Assembly (NCBI GenBank): GCA_963666315.2
Contig: CAXXHG010000015.1
Location: 96,001 to 160,000 of the forward strand
Source of the DNA: Candidatus Binatia bacterium
Lineage (GTDB): Bacteria; Desulfobacterota; Binatia; Bin18
DNA: 64,000 nucleotides
Direction: 5' to 3'
Below are positions 10,726 to 20,249 of this stretch, piece after piece. Both the position numbers and the translations under genes were made by a program. Below the pieces are notes generated by a model that had not been told where the DNA came from, did no database searches, and saw nothing but the letters and a program-made list of their open reading frames with translations. The number at the start of each line of letters is the position of its first letter. Position 1 is the stretch's first letter.

Positions 10726-11697
10726 GTGCCGACACTGAAATCTTTGCGTGTGACCGCCTTGGCAGGCGGGGTGGGTGCCGCCCGTTTCCTCCGCGGGGTC
10801 GTTCGCGTCAGTCCAGCTGTCAATTTGTGTGTCATCGTCAACACAGGTGATGACGACGAGTTCTTTGGTTTATCGGTCTCGCCTGATGTCGACACCATCA
10901 CCTATACGTTAGCCGACGCTGTTGATTCTGCAAAAGGCTGGGGTCTCCCCCAAGAGACCCATCGCTGCCTCGGGGCACTCGGACGCTATTATGCCGACAC
11001 CTGGTTCGGCCTCGGCGATGCAGACCTCGCCACGCATGTGTTTCGTACCCACCTCCTGCGTCAGGGCCAAACGTTGACCGCGGTCACAGCGAAAATTGCA
11101 CGCAAGTGGGGGATCGAAGCCACGGTTCTGCCCATGAGTGATGACCGCGTCCGTACCATTGTCCACACTGAGGCAGGCGCCCTGCCCTTTCAGGAATATT
11201 TCGTGAAGCAACGCGGAGAAGGTCAAGTTTCAAAAGTTGAACTCAGTGGGATAGCATCCGCCCAGCCGGCGCCGGGCGTGTGTGATTCTCTTCGCAGCGC
11301 CGATCTGGTCATTCTCCCACCCAGTAACCCCCTGGTGAGTATCGGGCCTATTGTTGCTCTGCCTGGTGTTCGAGCAGCACTCCAAGAAACCCAGGCTCCC
11401 GTAGTAGCCATCAGTCCCCTTGTGGCCGGCAAGCCCATTAAAGGCCCGGCGGACAAGATGCTCGCAGGGCTGGGCATTGAAGTTTCATCCGTCGGCATCG
11501 CGAATTTATACCAAGACTTTGTTGATACCTTTGTTCTTGATGAGCAAGATGCAGCGCAGCGTGAACGTCTGGAAAAATTGGGGATGGCTGTTATTGTCAC
11601 TGACACGGTTATGAGCAATATGGATAAATCTGTTGCGCTGGCGCGGACGGTTATTGACTACCAGCATACGAAACGACCGAAGGATACACACGCCTGA
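10726..11697 (+). CDS. cofD: 2-phospho-L-lactate transferase
   Basis: ALAGGVGAARF, NTGDD, SPDVDTITY, WFGLGDADLATH, PSNPLVSIGP. Confidence 0.95.
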   Translation: MPTLKSLRVTALAGGVGAARFLRGVVRVSPAVNLCVIVNTGDDDEFFGLSVSPDVDTITYTLADAVDSAKGWGLPQETHRCLGALGRYYADTWFGLGDADLATHVFRTHLLRQGQTLTAVTAKIARKWGIEATVLPMSDDRVRTIVHTEAGALPFQEYFVKQRGEGQVSKVELSGIASAQPAPGVCDSLRSADLVILPPSNPLVSIGPIVALPGVRAALQETQAPVVAISPLVAGKPIKGPADKMLAGLGIEVSSVGIANLYQDFVDTFVLDEQDAAQRERLEKLGMAVIVTDTVMSNMDKSVALARTVIDYQHTKRPKDTHA

Positions 11698-11709
11698 AGC
11701 GGAGCGCGT

Positions 11710-12462
11710 ATGAGCACAATTGCCATTATCCCCATCCCCGGCGTGCCTCAGATTCAGCCCGGCGACGACCTGCCATCGTTGTTGCTTGAGGCTATTGATG
11801 CCGCCAAAGTCGGTCTCAAAGACGGCGATATTTTGGTCATGTGTCAAAAGATCGTCTCAAAAGCGGAAGGGGCAGTCCTCGATTTAAAGACGGTTACGCC
11901 CTCCCCCTTTGCGGTACAGATTGCTGAAATGTGGGAAAAAGACCCACGTATGGTCGAAGTTGTTCTCACTGAGAGTAGTCGCATTGTCCGCATGAAAGAC
12001 GGTGTGATAATCACCGAGACGAAGCATGGCTGGGTGTGTGCGAACTCCGGCGTTGATGCCTCGAACACGATTGCCGAGGACGTTGTCATTCTCCTGCCCA
12101 AAGACCCGGATGCTTCGGCCCGCGATATTCGGATCGCGATTCAGAACCGGCGCAATATTTCTATCGGCGTGGTAATCACGGACACCTTTGGCCGCCCGTG
12201 GCGCGATGGCCTGGTCGAGTTCGCCCTCGGCGTCTCAGGACTTGATCCACTCGACGATCAACGCGGCGAAGTGGATCTTCAGGGCCGTGAACTGCGCCAT
12301 ACCGTTGTTGCCGTGGCCGACGAACTCGCCGCCGCCGCCGGGCTCCTCATGGAAAAAAGCGCGGCCGTGCCAGCCATAATTATTCGCGGCTATAAATTCA
12401 CCCCAGCCGAGGTTGGCAGCGACTCACTGAAACGTCCGGCAGACACGGATTTGTTTCGTTAG
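11710..12462 (+). CDS. cofE: Coenzyme F420-0:L-glutamate ligase
   Basis: QKIVSKAEG, ANSGVDASN, DTFGRPWR, ADELAAAA. Confidence 0.95.
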   Translation: MSTIAIIPIPGVPQIQPGDDLPSLLLEAIDAAKVGLKDGDILVMCQKIVSKAEGAVLDLKTVTPSPFAVQIAEMWEKDPRMVEVVLTESSRIVRMKDGVIITETKHGWVCANSGVDASNTIAEDVVILLPKDPDASARDIRIAIQNRRNISIGVVITDTFGRPWRDGLVEFALGVSGLDPLDDQRGEVDLQGRELRHTVVAVADELAAAAGLLMEKSAAVPAIIIRGYKFTPAEVGSDSLKRPADTDLFR

Positions 12463-12569
12463 GAAACAGGCAAGACCGCTTCTTCCATTCTTCAATTTTG
12501 CAGCCCATTGGCAACGACGCTGTTGGACGATTTTAGTCTTTACCCCTCTGCCCCCGATAAGTCGTCCTT

Positions 12570-12901
12570 TGACGATAGTCAATACTGATGGTCAGCTATC
12601 CTGTAGCGGCAAACTCACGGCCGACTCGCACATGCGTTTTCGGACTGCCCATCGTCCAGCCCCCGCCGTGGCAGTAGACTAGAACCGGATGTGGACCGTT
12701 GCCTTCCGGCACGGAGATATCAGCGGTGACCCGCCAACCAGCAACTTCTCTGTACATCACATCATTGTGCACTGCGCCAACCGGCGGCGGATTCCCATTC
12801 ATAAGCGCATCGTGTTTGGTCAACATCTCGGCAGGGTTCACTCCCTGAGAAACTCGCAGAGTTTCCATAAATTCCTGTAAATCCGCTGGTAATTGGCTCA
12901 T
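12570..12901 (-). pseudogene. Truncated HSL-type alpha/beta hydrolase
   Basis: HGGGW motif; in-frame TAG at 12596-12598 is followed by LTISIDYR, then similarity is lost and no GDSAG motif follows. Confidence 0.75.
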
Positions 12902-13043
12902 CTATCCCTCCTTGAGCGTGAAATCTCCAGGCATCTTATCGTCCCTGACCTGCATGTACCAGTACAGCGCCCCTTTGCCTTCCGCCGCCGAACTATGTTA
13001 CATCTTGTCCAGATACTCAGCCCACCTTTTGGGGGGAAAGCCT

Positions 13044-14294
13044 ATGAAATTCTGGATGTTTCACCTCATGCCGTGGCCGCATTTACCCAAGGATTTTGAA
13101 GACAAATACGACTCGGCCTGGGTGACCTGCTCCAATAGTCTGTTTGATCCGGAACGCGGTCCGGATGTGTATCGGCAATACCTCGACCAGCTCGTGTATG
13201 CGGACGAGCTCGGGTTTGACGGAGTGGTCGTTAACGAACATCACCAGAATGCCTATGGCATGATGCCGGCCCCGAATTTGATTGCGGCCGCCCTGTCTCA
13301 GCGCATCAAGAAGGCGCGCGTCATGGTTCTCGGCAATGGCCTGCCCCTCTACGATGTCCCCCTCAAAATTGCCGAAGAATTTGCCATGCTCGACAATATG
13401 TTTCGCGGCAAATTCGACGCGGGCTTCGTTGTTGGTGGTGGTCCGGAATATTACTCCTATAATAAGAACCCGACGTTTGCGCGAGAACGTTTTCGGGAAG
13501 CCACAGAGCTGATCCTCAAGGCGTGGACTGATCCCGGACCATTCTCATGGAAAGGCAAACACTTCCAGCTCCAATACGTCAACACCTGGCCACGTCCAGT
13601 CCAGGATCCGCATCCCCCGGTTTGGGTCCCTGGCGTGGGGAGTATTGAAACCATGGAGTTCGTTGCCGAGCACGGCGTTATTTACGCCGCGCTCACCTAC
13701 TCGCATGTCGATGCGTTTCGTCGCAATGCGGCCTATTTCCAAGAGACCGTCGCTCGAGTCGGCAAGTCGCCCTTTCACCCAGGAATGCTCGGCTGGCTTG
13801 TTCCCATGTATGTTGCGGAAACCGACCAAAAGGCGCGTGAAGAAGCGGAAGAGCATATTTGGTATTTCATCGATAAGCTTCTTAAAGGCTTTGCCGGCAA
13901 GGGCCGCACCTGGATGCCGCCCGGCTATACCTCGCTCCAGTCGTTGCAGCGTCTCCAAGAACTGAGTGATCCAGGCAGCGGCCACGCCGCTGTGAAAACC
14001 TGGCAACTAGGCCATGCCACCAGTTGGGACGACATCGAGGCGGGCGGATCGGTACTCATCGGCAGCCCACAAACCGTACGCGAAAAACTGCTCCAATACG
14101 TCACGGAGTTTAAAGTCGGCCATATTCTAGCCCTGCCTCAATTTGGCAGCCTGCCTGACCATTTGACACGCAAGAATATGGAACTACTGGCAAACGAGGT
14201 CTTCCCTTATGTTCGCAAGCATGCCGGGGCAGAGTTTGATACAGCCCCGCAATGCCCGCATGGCGGTGTTGAGCAAACTTCAGCGCCTGCGTAG
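13044..14294 (+). CDS. LLM-class flavin-dependent oxidoreductase
   Basis: GFDGVVVNEHHQNAYG, AEEFAMLDN, PVQDPHPPVW. Confidence 0.9.
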   Translation: MKFWMFHLMPWPHLPKDFEDKYDSAWVTCSNSLFDPERGPDVYRQYLDQLVYADELGFDGVVVNEHHQNAYGMMPAPNLIAAALSQRIKKARVMVLGNGLPLYDVPLKIAEEFAMLDNMFRGKFDAGFVVGGGPEYYSYNKNPTFARERFREATELILKAWTDPGPFSWKGKHFQLQYVNTWPRPVQDPHPPVWVPGVGSIETMEFVAEHGVIYAALTYSHVDAFRRNAAYFQETVARVGKSPFHPGMLGWLVPMYVAETDQKAREEAEEHIWYFIDKLLKGFAGKGRTWMPPGYTSLQSLQRLQELSDPGSGHAAVKTWQLGHATSWDDIEAGGSVLIGSPQTVREKLLQYVTEFKVGHILALPQFGSLPDHLTRKNMELLANEVFPYVRKHAGAEFDTAPQCPHGGVEQTSAPA

Positions 14295-14308
14295 ATAACT
14301 CCGTGTAG

Positions 14309-14336
14309 GCTGACGCAGAGTCTCTTCTGCCTCAGC
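14309..14336. repeat. Intergenic stem-loop
   Basis: GCTGACGCAGA / TCTGCCTCAGC inverted pair (10/11). Confidence 0.4.
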
Positions 14337-14373
14337 GCCCTATCCACTACCCCGACTGACAGGAAAACTGCTC

Positions 14374-15201
14374 ATGACACTGCACACAGAAACGCTTAGC
14401 ATCCGCAACCAAAAGGTTCAGCTGCTCCAAGGCGGCACCGGTAGCCCCGTTCTCTATTTGCACGGACTGGTTGCGGACATTCATAGCCTGCCAGCCGATG
14501 GCGGCTTTACCACCTTCCATGACACGCTTGCAGAATCATTCTCCCTATACGCGCCGGCGTTGCCAGGCTACGCAGACACAGCAGGCTATGATGACCTCGA
14601 AAACATCGAAGACCTGGTCTTCTTTTGTCTCGATGTTCTTGATGCATTGAATCTTGAGAAAGTCCACCTTATCGGAACGGCGCTCGGCGGTTGGGTGGCA
14701 ACCGAATTCGCCACCCGTCATGCTCATCGGCTAGACAAATTTGTCCTGATTAATCCCTGTGGGATCTCAACTCCCGAAGCGCGCATTGCCAATTTTTTCT
14801 ATACGGTGACACCCAAGGCTGAAGGTGGGAATGATGAAGTCCGCGAGCTGATCTTTTCCAATCAAAATTCCGAGTTGGCGAGGGGAGCCGTCGCCGACGA
14901 GATGTCACCCGAGGCGCAGCTCCTGTTTTATAAGGCCCAAATGGTCTCCGCTCGGGTAGGCTGGACGCCGCCTTCGCTGTACAACCCACGACTGAAAGAT
15001 CGGCTATTCCGCGTCACCGTCCCGACCCTCATCGTTACCGCAACAGGCGATAAACTCGTCCCGTCAGCGTTGGCTGAAATATATGCTGGAGGTATTCCCA
15101 ATGCTGAGGTCACTCAGATCGCAGACTCAGCTCATGCCGTCTGGCTGGAGCAGCCACACAAAGCAGCCGAAGCAGTCGCCCAGTTTCTAAACCGCAAGTA
15201 G
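14374..15201 (+). CDS. Alpha/beta fold hydrolase; nucleophile site reads GTALGG (Ser replaced by Ala)
   Basis: LYLHG, LPGY, LIGTALGGW, GDKLVP, SAHAVWLE. Confidence 0.8.
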   Translation: MTLHTETLSIRNQKVQLLQGGTGSPVLYLHGLVADIHSLPADGGFTTFHDTLAESFSLYAPALPGYADTAGYDDLENIEDLVFFCLDVLDALNLEKVHLIGTALGGWVATEFATRHAHRLDKFVLINPCGISTPEARIANFFYTVTPKAEGGNDEVRELIFSNQNSELARGAVADEMSPEAQLLFYKAQMVSARVGWTPPSLYNPRLKDRLFRVTVPTLIVTATGDKLVPSALAEIYAGGIPNAEVTQIADSAHAVWLEQPHKAAEAVAQFLNRK

Positions 15202-15210
15202 GACTCCGCT

Positions 15211-15369
15211 ATGGGGGCCAAGCATGCCTTTCTGTCTCTTGCGTATTTGGTTGGAGCCGCTTTGCTCTTTACTGTGGCCACGGCAGCGTTTTGGGAAGAA
15301 AAACCGCCCGAAGCGGAAAAATTAGAACAGCGAGACAATTTGCCAGGATTTGGATCCTCGGTGCTGTAG
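15211..15369 (+). CDS. Possible 52-aa protein or remnant with a signal-peptide-like N-terminus
   Basis: MGAKHAFLSLAYLVGAALLFTVATAAFWEEKPP...; AGGA upstream. Confidence 0.35.
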   Translation: MGAKHAFLSLAYLVGAALLFTVATAAFWEEKPPEAEKLEQRDNLPGFGSSVL

Positions 15370-15510
15370 TTCATTTTCAATAATACGCAATCCGGCCTGG
15401 CAACCTCTCCAAAAAATAAAAGTACTGAGTTTTAAGTGCTTTACGAGATCTTCAGTATTCTCTCGCAGTGTTAAAGTTTCCGGCTAGATAGCCATTCTCT
15501 AATAATAGAT

Positions 15511-15556
15511 ATGGGCAGGGGAGGCGGTATCCCTCCACCCCGCCTTCCCTGCCCAT
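15511..15556. repeat. 17-bp GC-rich inverted repeat (hairpin or REP-like)
   Basis: ATGGGCAGGGGAGGCGG ... CCGCCTTCCCTGCCCAT. Confidence 0.7.
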
Positions 15557-15672
15557 GTTCTAGATTCATCCTCATTTTCCTCCTGTTTTGGCGCTTCTCT
15601 CCTATATATGATAGAAGAACCTGCGATACTCTTTGTTTAGCCAGTGTTCAGCCAGGAAGTAAGGGGGACTCT

Positions 15673-16668
15673 ATGACTGCCGAAAGAATTACGCTGACAC
15701 GCCATATTTCAATGCAACAACAAAGCTATCCAGGTGCGACCGGAGAATTCTCCATCCTCTTATCACAGATTGCGCTTGCCACAAAGAAAATTGCTCACCG
15801 CTTGAGTGTGGCCGGGCTCACGGGGGCCCTCGGGGCAACCGAAGAAATCAACATACAAGGCGAAATCGTCCAAAAATTGGACGATATTTCAAATGATGCT
15901 TTTCTTGAATCGTTTGCGTATGGCGAGCTGGTGTCGGAAATGGTGTCAGAAGAAATGGAGCAGCCAGCGGCCATCGTGGGGAATGCCGATCAAGGGAAGT
16001 ACGTTGTCTTTGTTGATCCCCTAGATGGCTCATCCAACATCGACGTGGACGTCACGATTGGATCTATTTTCTCGGTACATCGGCGCCCAGCCGGCAGTGG
16101 GGAAGAATTTAAAAAAGCCCTGCATCTCCAAGGCAAAGACCAAGTGGCTGCCGGCTACGCCCTGTATGGCCCGAATACTATGCTGATGTACACAACCGGC
16201 ACGGGAGTGCACGGCTTTACCCTCGACCCTGGCATTGGTGATTTCTTTCTCTCACATGAGAATATTCGTATCCCCAGCCGGGGTTCGATCTACAGCATCA
16301 ATGAAGGCCGCCGTAACACCTGGTTTCCGGAAACGCGCAACTACATCGAGTATGTGCAAGAAGAAGATAAAGACACCGGGAGGCCCTATTCCGGGCGCTA
16401 TGTCGGCTCCCTTGTTGCCGATTTTCACCGTACCCTGTTGAAAGGCGGCGTTTTCCTGTACCCAGCCGACCCCAAAAACACCAACGGTAAACTGCGTCTG
16501 ATGTACGAAGCCGCTCCCATGGCGATGGTCGTCGAACAGGCCGGAGGCCGCGCTAGTAACGGGAGGCAGCCGATCCGGGACATCGTTCCGGAAGCGCTCC
16601 ATCAACGCACGCCATTTATTATTGGCAGCGCAGAAGACGTCGAAAAGGCAGAATCGTTTTATAAATAG
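15673..16668 (+). CDS. fbp: Class 1 fructose-1,6-bisphosphatase
   Basis: GEIVQKLD, SEE, DPLDGSSNID, RYVGSLVADFHR, KLRLMYEAAP. Confidence 0.96.
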   Translation: MTAERITLTRHISMQQQSYPGATGEFSILLSQIALATKKIAHRLSVAGLTGALGATEEINIQGEIVQKLDDISNDAFLESFAYGELVSEMVSEEMEQPAAIVGNADQGKYVVFVDPLDGSSNIDVDVTIGSIFSVHRRPAGSGEEFKKALHLQGKDQVAAGYALYGPNTMLMYTTGTGVHGFTLDPGIGDFFLSHENIRIPSRGSIYSINEGRRNTWFPETRNYIEYVQEEDKDTGRPYSGRYVGSLVADFHRTLLKGGVFLYPADPKNTNGKLRLMYEAAPMAMVVEQAGGRASNGRQPIRDIVPEALHQRTPFIIGSAEDVEKAESFYK

Positions 16669-16762
16669 GGTCTTTCCTCGAAGACGAAGCGCTCGCGCCC
16701 TTGCGGCTGAACTTTTATTTATGTTTATCTAGAGAGCCAGAGGATAGTGAGGAGGTAACATT

Positions 16763-17686
16763 ATGACCGAGCGTGTAAAAGAAATTATCGGCTGGTATGC
16801 AAGCGACAATCCCGGCACGCGAATGAATATTGCCCGTTTGCTCAACCATGGCCGCCTCGGGGGAACGGGGAAACTGGTCATTCTGCCGGTCGATCAAGGC
16901 TTTGAGCATGGTCCGGCACGGAGTTTTGCGCCAAACCCTCCGGGCTATGATCCTGAGTATCATTTCCAACTCGCCATTGATGCCGGCTGTAATGCCTACG
17001 CGGCTCCATTAGGCTTTATCGAACTCGGGGCTGATAAATTCCTCGACGGTGTTCCCCTCATTCTCAAACTCAACAATCACGACAGTCTGCATGATGAAAA
17101 AGACCCACTTTCTTCGGTGACCAGCAGCGTTGACGATGCCCTCCGACTCGGTTGTGTAGCGGTTGGGTTCACAATCTATCCAGGTTCATCCGCAGCGCAA
17201 ATTATGTACGAGCAATTGCGTGAGATTGCTAAAGAAGCCAAGTGTAAGGGTCTGGCGGTAGTGGTTTGGTCGTATCCTAGAGGCTCAGACCTGAGCAAGG
17301 CTGGCGAGACCGCCATTGATGTGGTGGCCTATGCTGCTCAGATTGCGGCCCAACTGGGCGCGCATATCGTCAAGGTCAAGCTGCCGAGCGATCACATCGA
17401 ACTATCTGACGCCAAGAAAGCGTACGAAAAGTATAATGTCCCCATCCGCACACCAGCCGAACGAGTGCGCCACGTTGTGCAGAGCGCGTTTAATAATAAA
17501 CGTATCGTCATCTTCTCAGGCGGAGCAGCCAAAGGCGACGAGGAATTCTTTGATGAAGTCCGCGCCATCCGCGACGGTGGCGGCTTTGGCTCCATCATTG
17601 GCCGCAACTCATTCCAGCGGGTCAAAAAGGACGCGCATAAGTTCTTAGACACCGTGATGGGGATTTACGAAGGGAAGATACCGTAA
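16763..17686 (+). CDS. fbaB: Class I (DhnA-type) fructose-bisphosphate aldolase
   Basis: ILPVDQGFEHGP, WSYPRG, AHIVKVK, GSIIGRNSFQR. Confidence 0.93.
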   Translation: MTERVKEIIGWYASDNPGTRMNIARLLNHGRLGGTGKLVILPVDQGFEHGPARSFAPNPPGYDPEYHFQLAIDAGCNAYAAPLGFIELGADKFLDGVPLILKLNNHDSLHDEKDPLSSVTSSVDDALRLGCVAVGFTIYPGSSAAQIMYEQLREIAKEAKCKGLAVVVWSYPRGSDLSKAGETAIDVVAYAAQIAAQLGAHIVKVKLPSDHIELSDAKKAYEKYNVPIRTPAERVRHVVQSAFNNKRIVIFSGGAAKGDEEFFDEVRAIRDGGGFGSIIGRNSFQRVKKDAHKFLDTVMGIYEGKIP

Positions 17687-17736
17687 TCGCTGCAACGGTA
17701 TCTCTCAAGCGTCAATAAGCAAACACAAAGAGCAGA

Positions 17737-18414
17737 TCACCGCGTATCCGCATAAAACGCCTTGAGCGAAGCCGGCCGGATACCAAAGAAATGGCACAAG
17801 CGCAGCCCCCACATGATCAGAATGGTTTTGGTGATGCCGTGCTTTTGCCAGCGCCGTGCAGACGTCCGAACTCGATTCCGTAAACACGCCACCTTCCCCG
17901 CTCGTTTGAGCCGACGGCTGAGCTCCAGGTCTTCCATGATGTCCAATTCTGGGTAGCCGCCTATTGATTCGAACGTCTCTCGACGGACAAATATCCCCTG
18001 ATCCCCAGTCGCAATATGTGTGAGTCGGGAACGGATATTCATCAGGGCACCAATCATCCGAAACGGCCAGCCTGGCGCATCCAGGTCCACGTCAAATCGT
18101 CCACCAACCACGTCGAGATCTGTAAGCGCCTGCTCAATCAAGTGCGAAAAGCCCGCTGGAGGCAGCGTATCTGCATGTAAAAATAAAAGGGTCTCTCCTG
18201 TCGCAACCTGCGCCCCGGCATTCATCTGGCAGGCCCGGCCGCGCTGAGCGGATAGCACCCGGTCCGCCGACTTGCGAACGATTTCAAGAGTTTCGTCGTC
18301 GCTCCCTCCGTCCACGATAATGATTTCGCATTTGCCTGCCTGTCGGACACAGGCCAGCGTGCGCTCGATGGTGTCGGCTTCGTTCAGTGTCGGAATGACA
18401 ACGCTAACGCGCAT
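17737..18414 (-). CDS. GT2 glycosyltransferase, TIGR04283-like
   Basis: SVVIPTLNEA, GRACQMNAGA, LLFLHADT, GDQGIFV, MEDLELSRRLK, TSARRW. Confidence 0.85.
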   Translation of the reverse strand: MRVSVVIPTLNEADTIERTLACVRQAGKCEIIIVDGGSDDETLEIVRKSADRVLSAQRGRACQMNAGAQVATGETLLFLHADTLPPAGFSHLIEQALTDLDVVGGRFDVDLDAPGWPFRMIGALMNIRSRLTHIATGDQGIFVRRETFESIGGYPELDIMEDLELSRRLKRAGKVACLRNRVRTSARRWQKHGITKTILIMWGLRLCHFFGIRPASLKAFYADTR

Positions 18415-18788
18415 TAGCCCCCTACCCGCAGGAACGCCATGGTGAGTTGGTGTTTGAAGGTAGCCTGATCTTCTTTGCTCACTCCTGTATAGGTCATACG
18501 CACCAGGGTCCGCTGCTGAAATATACTCGCACTAAACGGACTCCTCTGTGGCTCCAGTGGATGCAGCACGATATCAAGCGTTCCTGGGCCGAGAGACGTG
18601 TGGTAGAAAATGTCCGTTTCTCTCTCTTCTTGCGTGTAGGCATACCCATGCTGACGAAAGAGATTCTCTAAACGAGGCACAACTTCATCCGGAGCAAAGG
18701 CCAAGTTCCATTCCAAATCGCGTTCCAAGCTCCGTTTCATGCTCTTTTCCGTCACACGGCTCTCCTGGCGTAGCGAAACACGGTCCAC
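18414..18788 (-). CDS. Hypothetical protein within the glycosyltransferase operon
   Basis: Overlaps both neighbours; ends AFLRVGG; true start may be the ATG near 18740. Confidence 0.6.
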   Translation of the reverse strand: MDRVSLRQESRVTEKSMKRSLERDLEWNLAFAPDEVVPRLENLFRQHGYAYTQEERETDIFYHTSLGPGTLDIVLHPLEPQRSPFSASIFQQRTLVRMTYTGVSKEDQATFKHQLTMAFLRVGG

Positions 18789-19465
18789 AGGATCTTGTAG
18801 CCGGCAAGGACGGTGCCTTTTATGGTGCCACTCACCTTAGATTGGCCTATCCGCTGTCGATAGCGGACGGGAACCTCGGTGATCCGCAAGCCCAAGCGGA
18901 TGGCTTTAATCTGCATCTCCACCGTCCAGCCATAGGTCTGATCCTGCATATCCAAGCACAGCAGCTCGGGGAAGCGAATGGCTCGAAAAGGACCCAGGTC
19001 GGTGTAGGTAAAACCGTATAAAACACGAATCAGACCCGTCGCAAGCCTATTGCCGAAACGCGCATGGGGAAGAAGAGCCCCCGACTCAGCCCTTTTCGTT
19101 CGAGAACCGATGACCAGGTCATATCCACCGTCAATAATGGGACGGATCACGTCCTCTAAATCATCAGGGTAATCGCTATAGTCCGCATCAAGAAAGACCG
19201 CGATATCCGGCCGGCTGTCGGGCTGCTTGTCTTTCAAGTAGGCAATCCCGGCCAGACAAGCCCAACCGTAGCCTCGACGCAGCTCGCTCAACACGGTCGC
19301 CCCGCAATCTCGGGCAACTGTTGCTGTTCGATCTGAAGAACCATTGTCCACAACGACGACCTCTTCAAGTTGCTTCCATGGAAGGTCGGCCAACACCTGT
19401 GGCAAAGACGTCTCTTCGTTGAGCGCAGGAATGATCACTGCAATACGTGGCAGTTCTGTATTCAT
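18752..19465 (-). CDS. GT2 polyprenol-phosphate glycosyltransferase-like protein
   Basis: IIPALNEE, VVDNGSSD, FLDADYSD, TDLGPFRAI, GWTVEMQIKA. Confidence 0.9.
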   Translation of the reverse strand: MNTELPRIAVIIPALNEETSLPQVLADLPWKQLEEVVVVDNGSSDRTATVARDCGATVLSELRRGYGWACLAGIAYLKDKQPDSRPDIAVFLDADYSDYPDDLEDVIRPIIDGGYDLVIGSRTKRAESGALLPHARFGNRLATGLIRVLYGFTYTDLGPFRAIRFPELLCLDMQDQTYGWTVEMQIKAIRLGLRITEVPVRYRQRIGQSKVSGTIKGTVLAGYKILWTVFRYARRAV

Positions 19466-19477
19466 AGATGACAGAGA

Positions 19478-20212
19478 TCACGGACGGACTCGAAAGGTTA
19501 GCGTCACAGGTGTTCCGTCAGGAGGCAAGAGTTCTGTTTTCGCACTAAACCGATGCGGTCGAGCCATATAGTCGGCAATACTCAGCGAACCATTGCTCAC
19601 TTTGCCGCTGGGACAGCTATACAGGCACACCAGACAGCCCGGCCGAGGCATGAGCGGGATGCGATTAAACCAGCGATCACGGTTCCCGCCAAAGTGCCAC
19701 AGAAACGGGGGCTGGGGGTTGGGGATTTGGGGTGGGCGAAACACCTGGTCAATAGACAAATCGGACACACCTGCTACGTTGCCTTGCCATGCGATGGAGA
19801 CGTCGAGTTTGCTTCCCTGGGCCTTCTCATGCGAAACAGCGCTGTCAGGATCGGACCGCCGAGTCCACGCGGCCATTGAAAGATTATCCCCAGGCTGGGC
19901 GCTGAGCGCGATCAACGCCTCGTAAAATTGCAGATCATCGGCTGGTGTTTCAATTAATGCGTCTTTTGATCTGCCACCTCCCCAGGTCAGCAAATGATAA
20001 CGGGCCTCGTCTCCTTGGGCAGTATTGAAACGCGTGGGGTAAATGAGCCCATAAATCCGGAGCTGCTGGGTTTCCGGAAGGACCACGAGCGGTGTCTCTT
20101 CTGTGGACTCCAACATGGCCCGCTCGGGTGTGGCCCAGGCAGGACTACACAGGACGCCAGATAGCAAGAGAGGAACCGCGACGGACGGGCGAAGGATTCT
20201 TCTCCAAGGCAT
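19478..20212 (-). CDS. Secreted YdjY-like domain protein
   Basis: Signal peptide ending PAWA, GDNLSM, FGGN, GCLVCLYSCPSG, LPPDGTPV, recalled as YdjY motifs. Confidence 0.7.
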   Translation of the reverse strand: MPWRRILRPSVAVPLLLSGVLCSPAWATPERAMLESTEETPLVVLPETQQLRIYGLIYPTRFNTAQGDEARYHLLTWGGGRSKDALIETPADDLQFYEALIALSAQPGDNLSMAAWTRRSDPDSAVSHEKAQGSKLDVSIAWQGNVAGVSDLSIDQVFRPPQIPNPQPPFLWHFGGNRDRWFNRIPLMPRPGCLVCLYSCPSGKVSNGSLSIADYMARPHRFSAKTELLPPDGTPVTLTFRVRP

Positions 20213-20249
20213 AGTTCCGTACTCGATCTTAACAGTAAAATATTTTGCC

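Noticed and set aside
15673-17686. fbp plus aldolase as a Calvin-cycle cluster
   Set aside because: No RuBisCO, phosphoribulokinase or transketolase nearby; gluconeogenesis is sufficient
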